A DNA stretch of 32,000 bases from assembly GCA_030604855.1 (NCBI GenBank), contig JAUVVC010000007.1:1-32000 (forward strand), in the 5' to 3' direction. The position numbers and the translations under genes were made by a program. This DNA comes from Erysipelotrichaceae bacterium (GTDB taxonomy: Bacteria; Bacillota_I; Bacilli_A; Erysipelotrichales; Erysipelotrichaceae). The notes below the pieces were generated by a model. That model was given only the letters and a program-made list of their open reading frames with translations. It ran no database searches and was not told where the DNA came from. Positions 15,941 through 24,848 of the stretch are shown here, piece by piece; the stretch's first letter is position 1, and the number at the start of each line of letters is the position of its first letter.

Positions 15941-16651
15941 TCAACCTCCCAAGTAGACTTTCTGTACTTCAGGACTGCTTAACAATTCTTGACCTGTACC
16001 TTGTAAGACAATCGTACCGGTCTCCAATACGTAGGCTTTATCTGCGATTCTCAGTGCCTGCATGGCGTTTTGTTCAACCAAGAGAATGGTCGTACCCGAC
16101 GCATTGATGTCGCGAATGATATTGAAGATTTCTTTAACCAAGAGTGGAGCCAAACCCATGGAAGGCTCATCCAATAGAAGAAGCTTTGGTTTTGCCATCA
16201 ACGCCCGTGAGATCGCAAGCATTTGTTGTTCACCACCGGAGAGGGTTGCGGCATCTTGGTGCTTACGTTGATCCAAGATGGGAAAGCGTGCATACACATT
16301 CGCCAAATCTTCTTTGATGCCTTCCTTATCCTTACGCAGATAAGCACCCATCAAGAGGTTCTCATAGACTGACATCCCAGCAAAGATCTTACGACCTTCA
16401 GGGACTTGAACCAAACCTGTGCTCGGTAAAAGTTCAGGATGTTTTGGATTGACGATCTCCTGACTCAAATACTCAATGGATCCGGATGAAGCCTTGATCA
16501 GACCGCTGATGGTTCTTAAAAGACTCGTCTTACCCGCCCCATTGGATCCTATCAAAGAAACTATCTGTCCTTCTTCTACTTCGATATTAACACCTTTTAA
16601 GGCATGAATGACACCATAATGGACATTTAAATCATTGACTTTAAGAATCAT
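15941..16651 (-). CDS. livF: Branched-chain amino-acid ABC transporter ATP-binding protein LivF
   Basis: Walker A GSNGAGKTS, signature LSGGEQQML, Walker B LLLLDEPS. Length and position match LivF. ATGA overlap with livG. Confidence 0.9.
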   Translation of the reverse strand: MILKVNDLNVHYGVIHALKGVNIEVEEGQIVSLIGSNGAGKTSLLRTISGLIKASSGSIEYLSQEIVNPKHPELLPSTGLVQVPEGRKIFAGMSVYENLLMGAYLRKDKEGIKEDLANVYARFPILDQRKHQDAATLSGGEQQMLAISRALMAKPKLLLLDEPSMGLAPLLVKEIFNIIRDINASGTTILLVEQNAMQALRIADKAYVLETGTIVLQGTGQELLSSPEVQKVYLGG

Positions 16652-17430
16652 AGTTCCACCTCATCCCCTAAATAGGCCTCAATGACCCTTGGATTGTTCT
16701 TGATCTCATCCGGTGTCCCAGATGCGATCAATTTACCATAATCCAAGACAAAGATCCGCTCACAGATTTCCATGACCAAGGACATATCGTGTTCAATAAG
16801 AACGATGGTCAGATTCATTTTTTCCTTGATCTCTTTGATGAACGACGTCAATGCATGCGTCTCTTGAGGATTCATACCTGCCGCAGGCTCATCCAAGAAT
16901 AAAAGTTTGGCACCGGTTGCCAAAGCCCTGGCAATCTCCAGCTGACGTTGTTTCCCATAAGGAAGGTTCTTCGCTTTGGTTTCTGCGAGTTCATCCAGAT
17001 TGACTTCTTTTAAGAAGGCATGGGCTTTTTCCTCTATCAAAGCTTCTGATTTAAAATATTGACCGATTCTAAACAACGCTCCAAACAAACCATATCTTGC
17101 CTCATGGTTCATTGCGATCTTGACATTGTCCAAGACACTCAACTCTTTAAAAAGGCGGATGTTTTGAAAGGTTCTTGCCACACCCATGCGTGTGATCTTA
17201 TACGGAGGAAGTTTTGATAGCTCGATGCTTTTATCCCCTTTTTGAAACATCACACGACCTGAACTGGGTGTATAGACACCGGTTAAGACATTGAATAAGG
17301 TTGTCTTACCAGCTCCATTTGGACCAATCAACCCTACCAGTTCATGTTCCTCAACGGCTAAGCTGACATTTGAAACGGCACTCAAACCACCAAAGTTACG
17401 GGTCAATTTTTCAATTTGAAGTAGACTCAT
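16648..17430 (-). CDS. livG: Branched-chain amino-acid ABC transporter ATP-binding protein LivG
   Basis: Walker A GPNGAGKTT, signature LPYGKQRQLEIARAL, Walker B LLFLDEPAAG. The start is MSLLQIEKL (ATG at 17430), preceded by AAAGGAG and overlapping the livM stop (ATGA). The longer ORF-track start is unlikely. Confidence 0.9.
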   Translation of the reverse strand: MSLLQIEKLTRNFGGLSAVSNVSLAVEEHELVGLIGPNGAGKTTLFNVLTGVYTPSSGRVMFQKGDKSIELSKLPPYKITRMGVARTFQNIRLFKELSVLDNVKIAMNHEARYGLFGALFRIGQYFKSEALIEEKAHAFLKEVNLDELAETKAKNLPYGKQRQLEIARALATGAKLLFLDEPAAGMNPQETHALTSFIKEIKEKMNLTIVLIEHDMSLVMEICERIFVLDYGKLIASGTPDEIKNNPRVIEAYLGDEVEL

Positions 17431-18389
17431 GATGATTTCTCCTTTCGTTTCCATTTAAAGTTTGGTAAGAGCTTCGTCGAAAGTTCTTGTGATCCTAAAA
17501 GACCTTGAGGTCTGAAAATCATGACGATGATCAAAATTAAAGCATAGAGAATCATCCGGATCTCCGCATAAGGTTGCAAAACAATGTTAACAAGGCCAAT
17601 GATAAAGGTAGCGATGATGGTTCCACTGAGCGAACCCATTCCACCAAAGACCACTAGAATCAGAATATTGATGGATGTATTCACACCAAATGAATCTGGT
17701 TTGACGATGTAGTAGGTCGTTGAGAACAGACTGCCTGCCATTGCTGCAAGCGCTGCACCGAACATGAAGGCAATGACCTTATACTTCGTTGTATTGATGC
17801 CCATTGCTTCAGCTGCAATCTCATCCTCTTTGATGGAAATACAGGCACGACCGATCGCTGAATTCTTGAAGTTATGGGTTAAGAAAATCGTTAAAATGAC
17901 AAAGGTGTACAACAAAGGCCAGGACATCAACATCTTGATGTTGCTGATCCCGGATGCCCCTCCTGTGACGCTTAAGTTATTCAATACGATACGGATGATT
18001 TCCGCCACACCTAAGGTCGCAATGGCCAGATAATCCCCTTTTAAACGAAGGGTAGGCACGGCTACCACAAAGGATACCGCAAGACTGATCAGAACCCCGA
18101 TTCCGATTCCTATGAAAAGACCTGTCAAAGTTGGATTCGTTTTAAGCACCACCGCTGCCGCAAAGGCACCGATGGACATGAAGCCCGCATGACCTAAAGA
18201 AAGCTGACCTGTGATGCCGATGATCATGTTCAAACTTAGACCTAAGATGATGTAGATGCCGATCCAATAGATATTACTGCGCATGTACGCTGTGATGATG
18301 CGCTCTTTAATAAGAAGTTGTACGACGAAAAATAGCACGCCTATGATGACAAGTGTTATAAGATTGCGTTTATTGAGAACATTTTTCAT
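17427..18389 (-). CDS. livM: Branched-chain amino-acid ABC transporter permease LivM
   Basis: Polytopic 320-aa permease in the conserved position between livH and livG, containing GQLSLGHAGFMSIGAF. The start overlaps the livH stop by 1 nt. Confidence 0.88.
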   Translation of the reverse strand: MKNVLNKRNLITLVIIGVLFFVVQLLIKERIITAYMRSNIYWIGIYIILGLSLNMIIGITGQLSLGHAGFMSIGAFAAAVVLKTNPTLTGLFIGIGIGVLISLAVSFVVAVPTLRLKGDYLAIATLGVAEIIRIVLNNLSVTGGASGISNIKMLMSWPLLYTFVILTIFLTHNFKNSAIGRACISIKEDEIAAEAMGINTTKYKVIAFMFGAALAAMAGSLFSTTYYIVKPDSFGVNTSINILILVVFGGMGSLSGTIIATFIIGLVNIVLQPYAEIRMILYALILIIVMIFRPQGLLGSQELSTKLLPNFKWKRKEKSS

Positions 18390-19276
18390 TAGACTTTCTC
18401 CTTAACGTTCTTTCCTAAGAGTCCACTTGGTTTCACCAACAGAACAATGATCAAAAGAAGATAGACCACCGCATCACGATAAGGGCTCCACATCGTTCCC
18501 CCATAACCCGCAACCAAAGCTTCCATCAATCCAATCGCAAAGCCACCGATCATGGCGCCTGGAATGCTTCCAATACCGCCAAAAACAGCCGCTACGAAGG
18601 CTTTTAAGCCAGGAGCCGTTCCCATCCAGAACACGACGCGGATGTGATACAAGCCAATCAAGACCCCAGCTGCCGCAGCCAAGGCCGAACCGATCGCAAA
18701 GGTGATGGTGATCGTATTATCCACATTGACCCCCATCAAGACCGATGCGTCTTTATCCACCGCAACCGCACGCATCGCACGTCCCAATTTTGTTTTTAGT
18801 ACGATGAACTGCAACAAAAACATCAAGACGATGGTGACACCAAAAATAAGAATCTGTAAAGAATTGATGCGAATACCACCCAAGTCATAAACCTTCTGAT
18901 CAAAGACTTGAGGAAACGCACTGGTGTTGTTTCCCATGACCATCGCAGTCACATTCTGCAATAAAAACGAGATCCCGATCGCAGTGATCAAAGCCGCTGT
19001 CTTCGTTGACTTGCGCAACGGTTTATACGCGACACGCTCGATGACGACACCCAAAAGCGCCGAAACGACCATCGCAAAAATCAAAGCCAAAAAGAATGGC
19101 AGTCTCAGTACCGTAATGGCCAACATGCCTGCAAACGCTCCAAACATATAGATTTCACCATGGGCAAAATTGATCAAACGGATGATGCCATAGACCATGG
19201 TATAACCCAAGGCCACTAAAGCGTAAATGCTACCCAGGGAGAGTCCATTGATGATTTGATTTAGAAACTCTAACAT
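18389..19276 (-). CDS. livH: Branched-chain amino-acid ABC transporter permease LivH
   Basis: 295-aa permease with N-terminal LNQIINGLSLGSIYALVALGYTMVYGIIRLINFAHGE, typical of LivH. Confidence 0.88.
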   Translation of the reverse strand: MLEFLNQIINGLSLGSIYALVALGYTMVYGIIRLINFAHGEIYMFGAFAGMLAITVLRLPFFLALIFAMVVSALLGVVIERVAYKPLRKSTKTAALITAIGISFLLQNVTAMVMGNNTSAFPQVFDQKVYDLGGIRINSLQILIFGVTIVLMFLLQFIVLKTKLGRAMRAVAVDKDASVLMGVNVDNTITITFAIGSALAAAAGVLIGLYHIRVVFWMGTAPGLKAFVAAVFGGIGSIPGAMIGGFAIGLMEALVAGYGGTMWSPYRDAVVYLLLIIVLLVKPSGLLGKNVKEKV

Positions 19277-19299
19277 AACTGCCTCCTTAAATGAGAAAT

Positions 19300-19328
19300 A
19301 AACAGGCGAAATTAGATTTCACCTGTTT
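19300..19328 (-). other. Intercistronic hairpin between the binding-protein gene and livH
   Basis: Stem AAACAGG/CCTGTTT (7 bp) with a 15-nt loop and no strong T-run. It may be a partial terminator or an mRNA-stability element, which could help the binding protein be expressed in excess. Confidence 0.35.
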
Positions 19329-19354
19329 AATAATGAACTAATTAAGTCAACGAA

Positions 19355-20536
19355 TCAAGGATTAACGATGGTTGCGTTGACAGGTACACCATTGTTCAAT
19401 TCAATCAAGAACGCAGGTTTAACCGCATTGTGGAACTTATCGAATGAGATATCTCCTGTGACACCATCAAAGGCTTCTAACGCTTCCAAAGCATCACGAA
19501 TGGCTGCAGGATCAGTAGAATCCGCATTGTCGATTGCTTTAAACAACATGTAAGCCGCATCATAAGCCAAAGCTGTCAAAGCACTTGGGACTTCAGCTTT
19601 TCCATATTTTTCCAATGTGAATGCCGCATGACTCTTAACGAAATCCGCTACTTGTTGGTCATTGGATAAGGTTGAGAAGTGAGTCGAGAAGAATACGTTG
19701 CTTACGTTTTGAGCACCACCTGCCAAATCATTCAAAGCTGGATCTTCAAAGCCATCAGGACCAATGATATTAACAGTTTCCAAACCAGCCGTTGAACGTG
19801 CTTGACCAATGATCAAACCAGCATTCTTAGCGTAATCTGCCACAAACAAGACTTCAAATGATTTCGTTGCGATGGAGGTTAAAGATGCCTTATAATCGGT
19901 ATCCGCATCTGCGTATGAGGCCGTTTCGACAACCTTACCACCATTAGCGGTGAACTGTTCTGTAAAGATACGAGCCAATTCTTTGGAGTATTCTGAACCA
20001 CTGTTGACCATGACTACCGCATTCTTAGCACCTAGATCACCTGATGCGAAGTTTGCCAATACTTGGCCTTGGAAAGGATCAATGAAACAAGCACGGAATG
20101 CCCATGGATTTACATTAGTACCATCCATCGTAACTGCTGAGTTCGTACCTGAAGGTGTGAAGACAACCAAACCATTGTCTTTCGCTAAAGGTGCGATGGC
20201 TAAAGTCATACCGGATGTCGCAGATCCTAAGATCGCCACAACCCCATCTTCAATCAATTTTTCTGTATTCTGAACCGCTTTTGCTTGATCATACGCATTG
20301 TCGTAAATGACCAACTCAACAAGCTTGCCATCAATACCCCCTGCTGCATTGATCTCAGCCGTCGCTTGTTCAAACGCATTACGTTCGGGAATACCATAGA
20401 CAGATACATCGCCCGTTAATTCAAGGTTGACGCCAATTTTAATTGTTTCGGCCACTTTCTCACCTGAACCACTCGAGCAGGCTGTCAATCCACCGATAAC
20501 GAGGAATGCAACCAGTAGGCTTAATAATTTCTTCAT
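19355..20536 (-). CDS. livJ: LivJ/LivK-type amino-acid ABC substrate-binding lipoprotein (operon-proximal paralog)
   Basis: Lipoprotein signal MKKLLSLLVAFLVIGGLTAC. Type-I periplasmic-binding fold pattern: IKIGVNLELTGDVSVYG...AILGSATSG...FRACF. Sits directly upstream of livHMGF. Confidence 0.9.
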   Translation of the reverse strand: MKKLLSLLVAFLVIGGLTACSSGSGEKVAETIKIGVNLELTGDVSVYGIPERNAFEQATAEINAAGGIDGKLVELVIYDNAYDQAKAVQNTEKLIEDGVVAILGSATSGMTLAIAPLAKDNGLVVFTPSGTNSAVTMDGTNVNPWAFRACFIDPFQGQVLANFASGDLGAKNAVVMVNSGSEYSKELARIFTEQFTANGGKVVETASYADADTDYKASLTSIATKSFEVLFVADYAKNAGLIIGQARSTAGLETVNIIGPDGFEDPALNDLAGGAQNVSNVFFSTHFSTLSNDQQVADFVKSHAAFTLEKYGKAEVPSALTALAYDAAYMLFKAIDNADSTDPAAIRDALEALEAFDGVTGDISFDKFHNAVKPAFLIELNNGVPVNATIVNP

Positions 20537-20563
20537 AAAACCCTCCTTTGGTAATATGAAAAG

Positions 20564-20592
20564 ATTATAGATGAAAATTTTGTGAAATACAA
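20564..20592 (-). promoter_or_regulatory. Promoter of livJ(proximal)-livHMGF
   Basis: Minus strand: TTGTAT, 17-nt spacer, TATAAT. The -10 box lies about 27 nt upstream of the ATG, and GGAGGG is the SD. Confidence 0.6.
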
Positions 20593-20689
20593 CAATTATT
20601 TTACATTCTTTACATGTAAATTCTTACATTAAAGGATTAGTATGTATTTTTTGCATACTGAGGCTTATTTCCTAAAAAAACCTCGATCC

Positions 20690-20720
20690 ATATAAAAGGC
20701 TCAGATCCTTGATCTGAGCC
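20690..20720 (-). terminator. Terminator after the distal binding-protein paralog
   Basis: A 10-bp perfect stem GGCTCAGATC/GATCTGAGCC with loop AAG, followed by TTTT on the minus strand. Confidence 0.75.
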
Positions 20721-20735
20721 CAGTAATTTTCTTTA

Positions 20736-21911
20736 TTAAGGATTAACGATCGTCGCATTTACTGCAACACCATTGTTCAACTCAATCAAGAACGCCGGTT
20801 TAACCGCATTATGCAACGCATCAAAGGAGATATCTCCCGTTACACCACTGAATGCAGGCAAGGACTCCAAACTATCGCGAATCGCTTGTGGATCCGTTGA
20901 ATCCGCCGCATCAATCGCCGCAAACAACATATAAGCCGCATCATACGCCAAGGCTGCAAAGACACTGGCAGGTTCTTCTTTACCCGCTGCTTTGGTGAAT
21001 GCTTGGTAACTGGCGACAAAGTCCGTAACCTTTTGGTTATCCGATAACGAGGAGAAGTGTGTCGAGAAGTAAACATTGCTCACATTCTGAGCTCCTCCCG
21101 CCAAATCATTCAACTGAGGATCTTCGAAACCATCGGGTCCAATGATTTTCACGGTTTCCAAGCCAGCCGTTGAGCGTGCCTGACCAATGATCAAACCAGC
21201 ATTCTTCGCATAATCTGCGATAAACAACACATCGAAATCTTTCGATGCCAAAGATGTCAGGGATGCTTTATAATCCGTATCCGAATCCGCATACGAAGCT
21301 GTCTCCACAACTTGACCACCATTCTTATTTAATTGTTCCGTAAAGATACGTGCCAATTCTTTAGAATATTCCGAACCGTTGTTCACCATGATCACAACTT
21401 TGGACGCCGCCAGATCATTGGAGGCAAAGTTCGCCAATACTTGACCTTGGAACGGATCAATGAAACAACTTCTAAAAACATAAGGATTCACAACAGTTCC
21501 ATCCATCGTAACCGCTGAATTCGTGCCGGACGGGGTAAAGACCACCAAGCCGTTCTCCTTCGCAAGCGGCGCAATCGCCATCGTCATCCCGGATGTTGCA
21601 GATCCTAAGATTGCCACAACTCCATCTTCAATCAACTTCTCTGTGTTTTGAACCGCTTTCGCTTGATCATACGCATTGTCATAGATGACCAACTCTACGA
21701 GTTTGCCATCGATTCCACCTGCCGCATTTACTTCCGATACCGCTTGCTCAAACGCATTGCGTTCTGGTACGCCATAGACCGATACATCACCTGTCAATTC
21801 TAGGTTGACGCCAATCAAAATGGTATCCGCTTTCTCCTCAGACGTTGCTGAGCATGCTGCTAAACCACCGATTACGAGGAATGCGACCAATAAACTAATC
21901 AATTTCTTCAT
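20736..21911 (-). CDS. livJ: LivJ/LivK-type amino-acid ABC substrate-binding lipoprotein (distal, monocistronic paralog)
   Basis: Lipoprotein signal MKKLISLLVAFLVIGGLAAC. Colinear with the 19355-20536 product with a large majority of residues identical by eye. It has its own promoter and terminator. Confidence 0.9.
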   Translation of the reverse strand: MKKLISLLVAFLVIGGLAACSATSEEKADTILIGVNLELTGDVSVYGVPERNAFEQAVSEVNAAGGIDGKLVELVIYDNAYDQAKAVQNTEKLIEDGVVAILGSATSGMTMAIAPLAKENGLVVFTPSGTNSAVTMDGTVVNPYVFRSCFIDPFQGQVLANFASNDLAASKVVIMVNNGSEYSKELARIFTEQLNKNGGQVVETASYADSDTDYKASLTSLASKDFDVLFIADYAKNAGLIIGQARSTAGLETVKIIGPDGFEDPQLNDLAGGAQNVSNVYFSTHFSSLSDNQKVTDFVASYQAFTKAAGKEEPASVFAALAYDAAYMLFAAIDAADSTDPQAIRDSLESLPAFSGVTGDISFDALHNAVKPAFLIELNNGVAVNATIVNP

Positions 21912-21937
21912 AGTACCCTCCCGAGAATCATAACGTG

Positions 21938-21966
21938 ATTATAAGTGAAATATTTGTGAAATTCAA
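21938..21966 (-). promoter_or_regulatory. Promoter of the distal binding-protein gene
   Basis: Minus strand: TTGAAT, 17-nt spacer, TATAAT. The spacer TTCACAAATATTTCACT is homologous to the spacer of the 20564-20592 promoter (TTCACAAAATTTTCATC). Confidence 0.6.
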
Positions 21967-22045
21967 ACATTTACTTACAATAATTTATGAAATTATTTAC
22001 ATCATACATATCTAAATGAATACATATAGGAAATCCATTCAGGTA

Positions 22046-22069
22046 ATAAAAAAACGCCGAAGTGGCGTT
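22046..22069 (-). terminator. Terminator after tRNA-Lys
   Basis: Minus-strand stem AACGCC/GGCGTT followed by T7. Confidence 0.7.
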
Positions 22070-22080
22070 ATTTTCACACA

Positions 22081-22156
22081 TGGTGACCCGTTAGGGACTC
22101 GAACCCTAGACCCACTGATTAAGAGTCAGTTGCTCTACCAACTGAGCTAACAGGTC
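22081..22156 (-). tRNA. tRNA-Lys (anticodon CUU), encoded CCA
   Basis: Acceptor GACCTGT/ACGGGTC (one G-U pair), anticodon arm ACTGA-CTCTTAA-TCAGT, T-arm GGGTTCGAGTCCC. Confidence 0.9.
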
Positions 22157-22171
22157 AATGAATGCTTTATG

Positions 22172-22200
22172 ATTATAGCGTATTTATTTATTGAATGCAA
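22172..22200 (-). promoter_or_regulatory. Promoter for tRNA-Lys
   Basis: Minus strand: TTGCAT, 17-nt spacer, TATAAT. Confidence 0.55.
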
Positions 22201-22213
22201 GGATTCATTTGCA

Positions 22214-22240
22214 TAAAAAAACATAGGCTGCAACCTATGT
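22214..22240 (-). terminator. Terminator after tRNA-Glu
   Basis: Minus-strand stem ACATAGG/CCTATGT with loop TTGCAG, then T7. Confidence 0.65.
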
Positions 22241-22252
22241 TAATCTTTTAAA

Positions 22253-22328
22253 TGGTGACCCGTACGGGATTCGAACCCGTGAATGCATGCGTGAAAGGCA
22301 TGTGAGTTAACCGTTTCTCCAACGGGCC
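22253..22328 (-). tRNA. tRNA-Glu (anticodon UUC), encoded CCA
   Basis: Acceptor GGCCCGT/ACGGGTC, anticodon arm CATGC-CTTTCAC-GCATG, T-arm CGGGTTCGAATCCCG. Confidence 0.9.
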
Positions 22329-22332
22329 ACAA

Positions 22333-22408
22333 TGGCGCCTAAAGTAGGACTCGAACCTACGACCTAACGGTTAACAGCCGTTTGCTCTACCGACTGAGCT
22401 ATTTAGGC
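22333..22408 (-). tRNA. tRNA-Asn (anticodon GUU), encoded CCA
   Basis: Acceptor GCCTAAA/TTTAGGC, anticodon arm AACGG-CTGTTAA-CCGTT, T-arm TAGGTTCGAGTCCTA. Confidence 0.9.
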
Positions 22409-22420
22409 AAGTGCTTATAA

Positions 22421-22449
22421 AATATACCATAGTTATAAACACATTTCAA
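22421..22449 (-). promoter_or_regulatory. Promoter for tRNA-Asn/tRNA-Glu
   Basis: Minus strand: TTGAAA, 17-nt spacer ending in TGG, then TATATT (extended -10). Confidence 0.55.
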
Positions 22450-22466
22450 GCCTTTATTTGATAATT

Positions 22467-23849
22467 TTATACATCAAATTCGACGACTTGTTCCTCGTGA
22501 CTATGCGCTAAATTCTTGACCCATTGTTCCTTACGAACAAGCCCATAGGCAACCACAAACTTAACAAAATCCGTGGCTTGACCCACTAAATAAATCACAA
22601 AAACATTCCAACCCGTCAAATAAGTAACCAAGCCGACAGCCGGCAGATTGACCACCCACATGAACACAGAATCCATTAGTAAAGTGGACTTCGTATCACC
22701 ACCTGCTCTTAAGATAAAGAAACATTGTGCATTGGCCATGTAGATCCAAAACATGAAAGATTGGATCCGTAAAAACGTTGCGGCGGTATGACGGCTGACT
22801 TCCGTAACATTGTACAACAATGGCGCAAAGAAACTACTGACAAACATCAAACTGCCAAAGAAGACCGCAAGGATAACGGAGAAGCGAATCAAGCGATAGG
22901 CATTCGAACGCGCTTCATCCAACTTATTCGCCCCTAAGACTTGTGATACAACAACCGTTGAGGCCACCGCCATCCCACCAAACAAGGTGAAGAAAAGATC
23001 TGCGACCGTACCCGAAATCGACATCCCCGCCATGACTTCTTTTCCACGAGTGCTATAAAACATAAACAGAATGCTCATTCCACTGGACCAGAAAATCTCA
23101 TTGACGGTAAGCGGGATCGCCTTGATGGTGATGATTTTGATCAATTTCCGCGAAATCTTGAACAGATCCTTGATGTGTGTCTTAAACATGAAGGGCATGC
23201 GCCGCGTCACAACCAAGAAGATCACAACTTCTAGGATACGCGCGATGATCGTCGCATAAGCAGCCCCAGCGACTCCGAGCTTAGGAAAACCAAAGTGTCC
23301 GAAGATCAAGATATAGTTGAAGACAGCATTCGTGAAGATCGAAGCGATTGAGGAATACAAGGGAATCTTGGTTTCCCCCATGGAACGCATCGCATTGGAG
23401 ATCGTCATCGATAAAGCCATGGGGATGTAAGTCAAGATCGCAATCTTGATGTACGTTGAACCCATCGCAATGACATCCGCTTCCTTAGTATAGAAACCTA
23501 AAATTTGCTCTGGAAAGAATAATCCCATCAATACGAACGGCGCGACGATCACGTAGGCAGAAATGACGCCATACCGGAAGGTTTGCTTGACATGTTCCTC
23601 ATCTTTCGCTCCGAAATACTGAGCCAGAAAGATGGACATGGCTCCACCCACACCAAAAATACCAAATGTCGCAATCATGTAAAAACGATTCGCTGCAGCG
23701 ACCCCTGCGATAGCCGCATCACCCAATTGTCCAACCATGAGATTATCAACAAGGTTGACTGATGAAGTGATGAGTTGTTGAAGCATGAAAGGGACTGCAA
23801 TAGCCAATACTTGGAGATAGAAGTGTTTGTTCTCTTTTAAATTAAGCAT
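22467..23849 (-). CDS. MATE-family efflux transporter
   Basis: About 12 TM segments. N-terminal FYLQVLAIAVPFMLQQLITSSVNLVDNLMVGQLGD is typical of MATE/NorM. The start is MLNLKENK (ATG at 23849) after AAGAGGGA. The longer ORF-track start would run through a terminator hairpin. Confidence 0.85.
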   Translation of the reverse strand: MLNLKENKHFYLQVLAIAVPFMLQQLITSSVNLVDNLMVGQLGDAAIAGVAAANRFYMIATFGIFGVGGAMSIFLAQYFGAKDEEHVKQTFRYGVISAYVIVAPFVLMGLFFPEQILGFYTKEADVIAMGSTYIKIAILTYIPMALSMTISNAMRSMGETKIPLYSSIASIFTNAVFNYILIFGHFGFPKLGVAGAAYATIIARILEVVIFLVVTRRMPFMFKTHIKDLFKISRKLIKIITIKAIPLTVNEIFWSSGMSILFMFYSTRGKEVMAGMSISGTVADLFFTLFGGMAVASTVVVSQVLGANKLDEARSNAYRLIRFSVILAVFFGSLMFVSSFFAPLLYNVTEVSRHTAATFLRIQSFMFWIYMANAQCFFILRAGGDTKSTLLMDSVFMWVVNLPAVGLVTYLTGWNVFVIYLVGQATDFVKFVVAYGLVRKEQWVKNLAHSHEEQVVEFDV

Positions 23850-23862
23850 AATCCCTCTTTTC

Positions 23863-23891
23863 GTAAAACAAAAGCCACCCGAGAGTGGCTT
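23863..23891 (-). terminator. Terminator after tRNA-Ala
   Basis: Minus-strand stem AAGCCAC/GTGGCTT with loop TCTCGG, then TTGTTTT. Confidence 0.7.
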
Positions 23892-23902
23892 CATTGTTTA
23901 TA

Positions 23903-23978
23903 TGGTGGAGCTTATCGGGCTCGAACCGATGACCCCCTGCGTGCAAGGCAGGTGCTCTCCCAACTGAGCTAAAACCCC
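23903..23978 (-). tRNA. tRNA-Ala (anticodon UGC), encoded CCA
   Basis: Acceptor GGGGTTT/AAGCTCC including the G3:U70 identity pair, and anticodon arm CCTGC-CTTGCAC-GCAGG. Confidence 0.9.
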
Positions 23979-23988
23979 ATACAATCGA

Positions 23989-24065
<77 letters not shown>

Positions 24066-24087
24066 ATTCCACAATCGATGCCATATA

Positions 24088-24116
24088 AATATACCAAACC
24101 CACTTTTAAATGTCAA
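24088..24116 (-). promoter_or_regulatory. Promoter for the tRNA-Ile/tRNA-Ala operon
   Basis: Minus strand: TTGACA, 17-nt spacer ending in TGG, then TATATT (extended -10). The -10 box ends 22 nt before the tRNA-Ile 5' end. Confidence 0.6.
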
Positions 24117-24320
24117 TATAAAATCAAGTAGTTTTAAAATGTTTCAAGTGAAGCCAATCGAGTTGCTTCCATTCGGATTTCAAGCTTGTTTCATCGATCC
24201 TTAATCGTGAATAGTGACCTGTATTTCACTTCTAAAATACATCGAGCACACTCGCCTTTTTTGGTTTAGAATGCTACAATAAGCTCGTTGAAATCAGATT
24301 TAATTGAAAGGTAAAACATC

Positions 24321-24845
24321 ATGAACGAAGTCTTAAATACGATTGCAAACCGCTATTCTTGCCGTAGTTACACAGATCAAACTGTTGAGAGAGAGAAAAT
24401 AGAAGCGATTGCTTTAGCTGCTATTCAAGCTCCCAGTGCGGTGAATAAACAACCTTGGCAAATCATTGTCATCAAAGACAAGGCCTTGATTAATGAAATG
24501 GATGTTTATGGGATGACACAATTGGATGAAGCAAGCCATCAACGCATCATGGGACGCGGTGGCAAGCTGTTCTACAACGCACCCCTTATGATGGTCATCG
24601 CGAAGAATGGCAACAAGGATCTTGATTGTGGCATCGTGGCGCAGAACATAACACTGGCTGCGACCTCATTAGGTTTGGGCAACGTCGTCTGTGCGCTCGC
24701 TGGAGCCGTCTTCAATCACGATAAGTATAAGAAGCTTCTTCCAAAAGATTATGAGTTTGCGATTTCGGTATTGATCGGCTATCCAGCACATCCAAATGGA
24801 TCAGCTCATGAAGTAGACTTGAGTAAGATTACCTACATTGGTTAA
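24321..24845 (+). CDS. Nitroreductase-family protein (classical ~170-aa type)
   Basis: RYSCRSYTDQTV and AIQAPSAVNKQPWQIIVI motifs. SD GAAAGG lies upstream of the ATG. Confidence 0.85.
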   Translation: MNEVLNTIANRYSCRSYTDQTVEREKIEAIALAAIQAPSAVNKQPWQIIVIKDKALINEMDVYGMTQLDEASHQRIMGRGGKLFYNAPLMMVIAKNGNKDLDCGIVAQNITLAATSLGLGNVVCALAGAVFNHDKYKKLLPKDYEFAISVLIGYPAHPNGSAHEVDLSKITYIG

Positions 24846-24848
24846 CCC

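Noticed and set aside
20537-22044. T-box riboswitch or CodY-box control of the two binding-protein genes.
   Set aside because: The -10 hexamers lie only about 27 nt from the start codons, leaving no room for a T-box leader. The best matches to the CodY consensus AATTTTCWGAAAATT in the promoter spacers have 4-6 mismatches (one perfect half-site AATTTTCA at the proximal promoter only). That is not enough to make the call.
24066-24320. Possible rRNA remnant adjacent to the Ile/Ala tRNAs.
   Set aside because: No 16S 3'-end-like (…CACCTCCTT…) or 23S 5'-end-like sequence is present. The region instead contains a good promoter and the start of the divergent nitroreductase gene.
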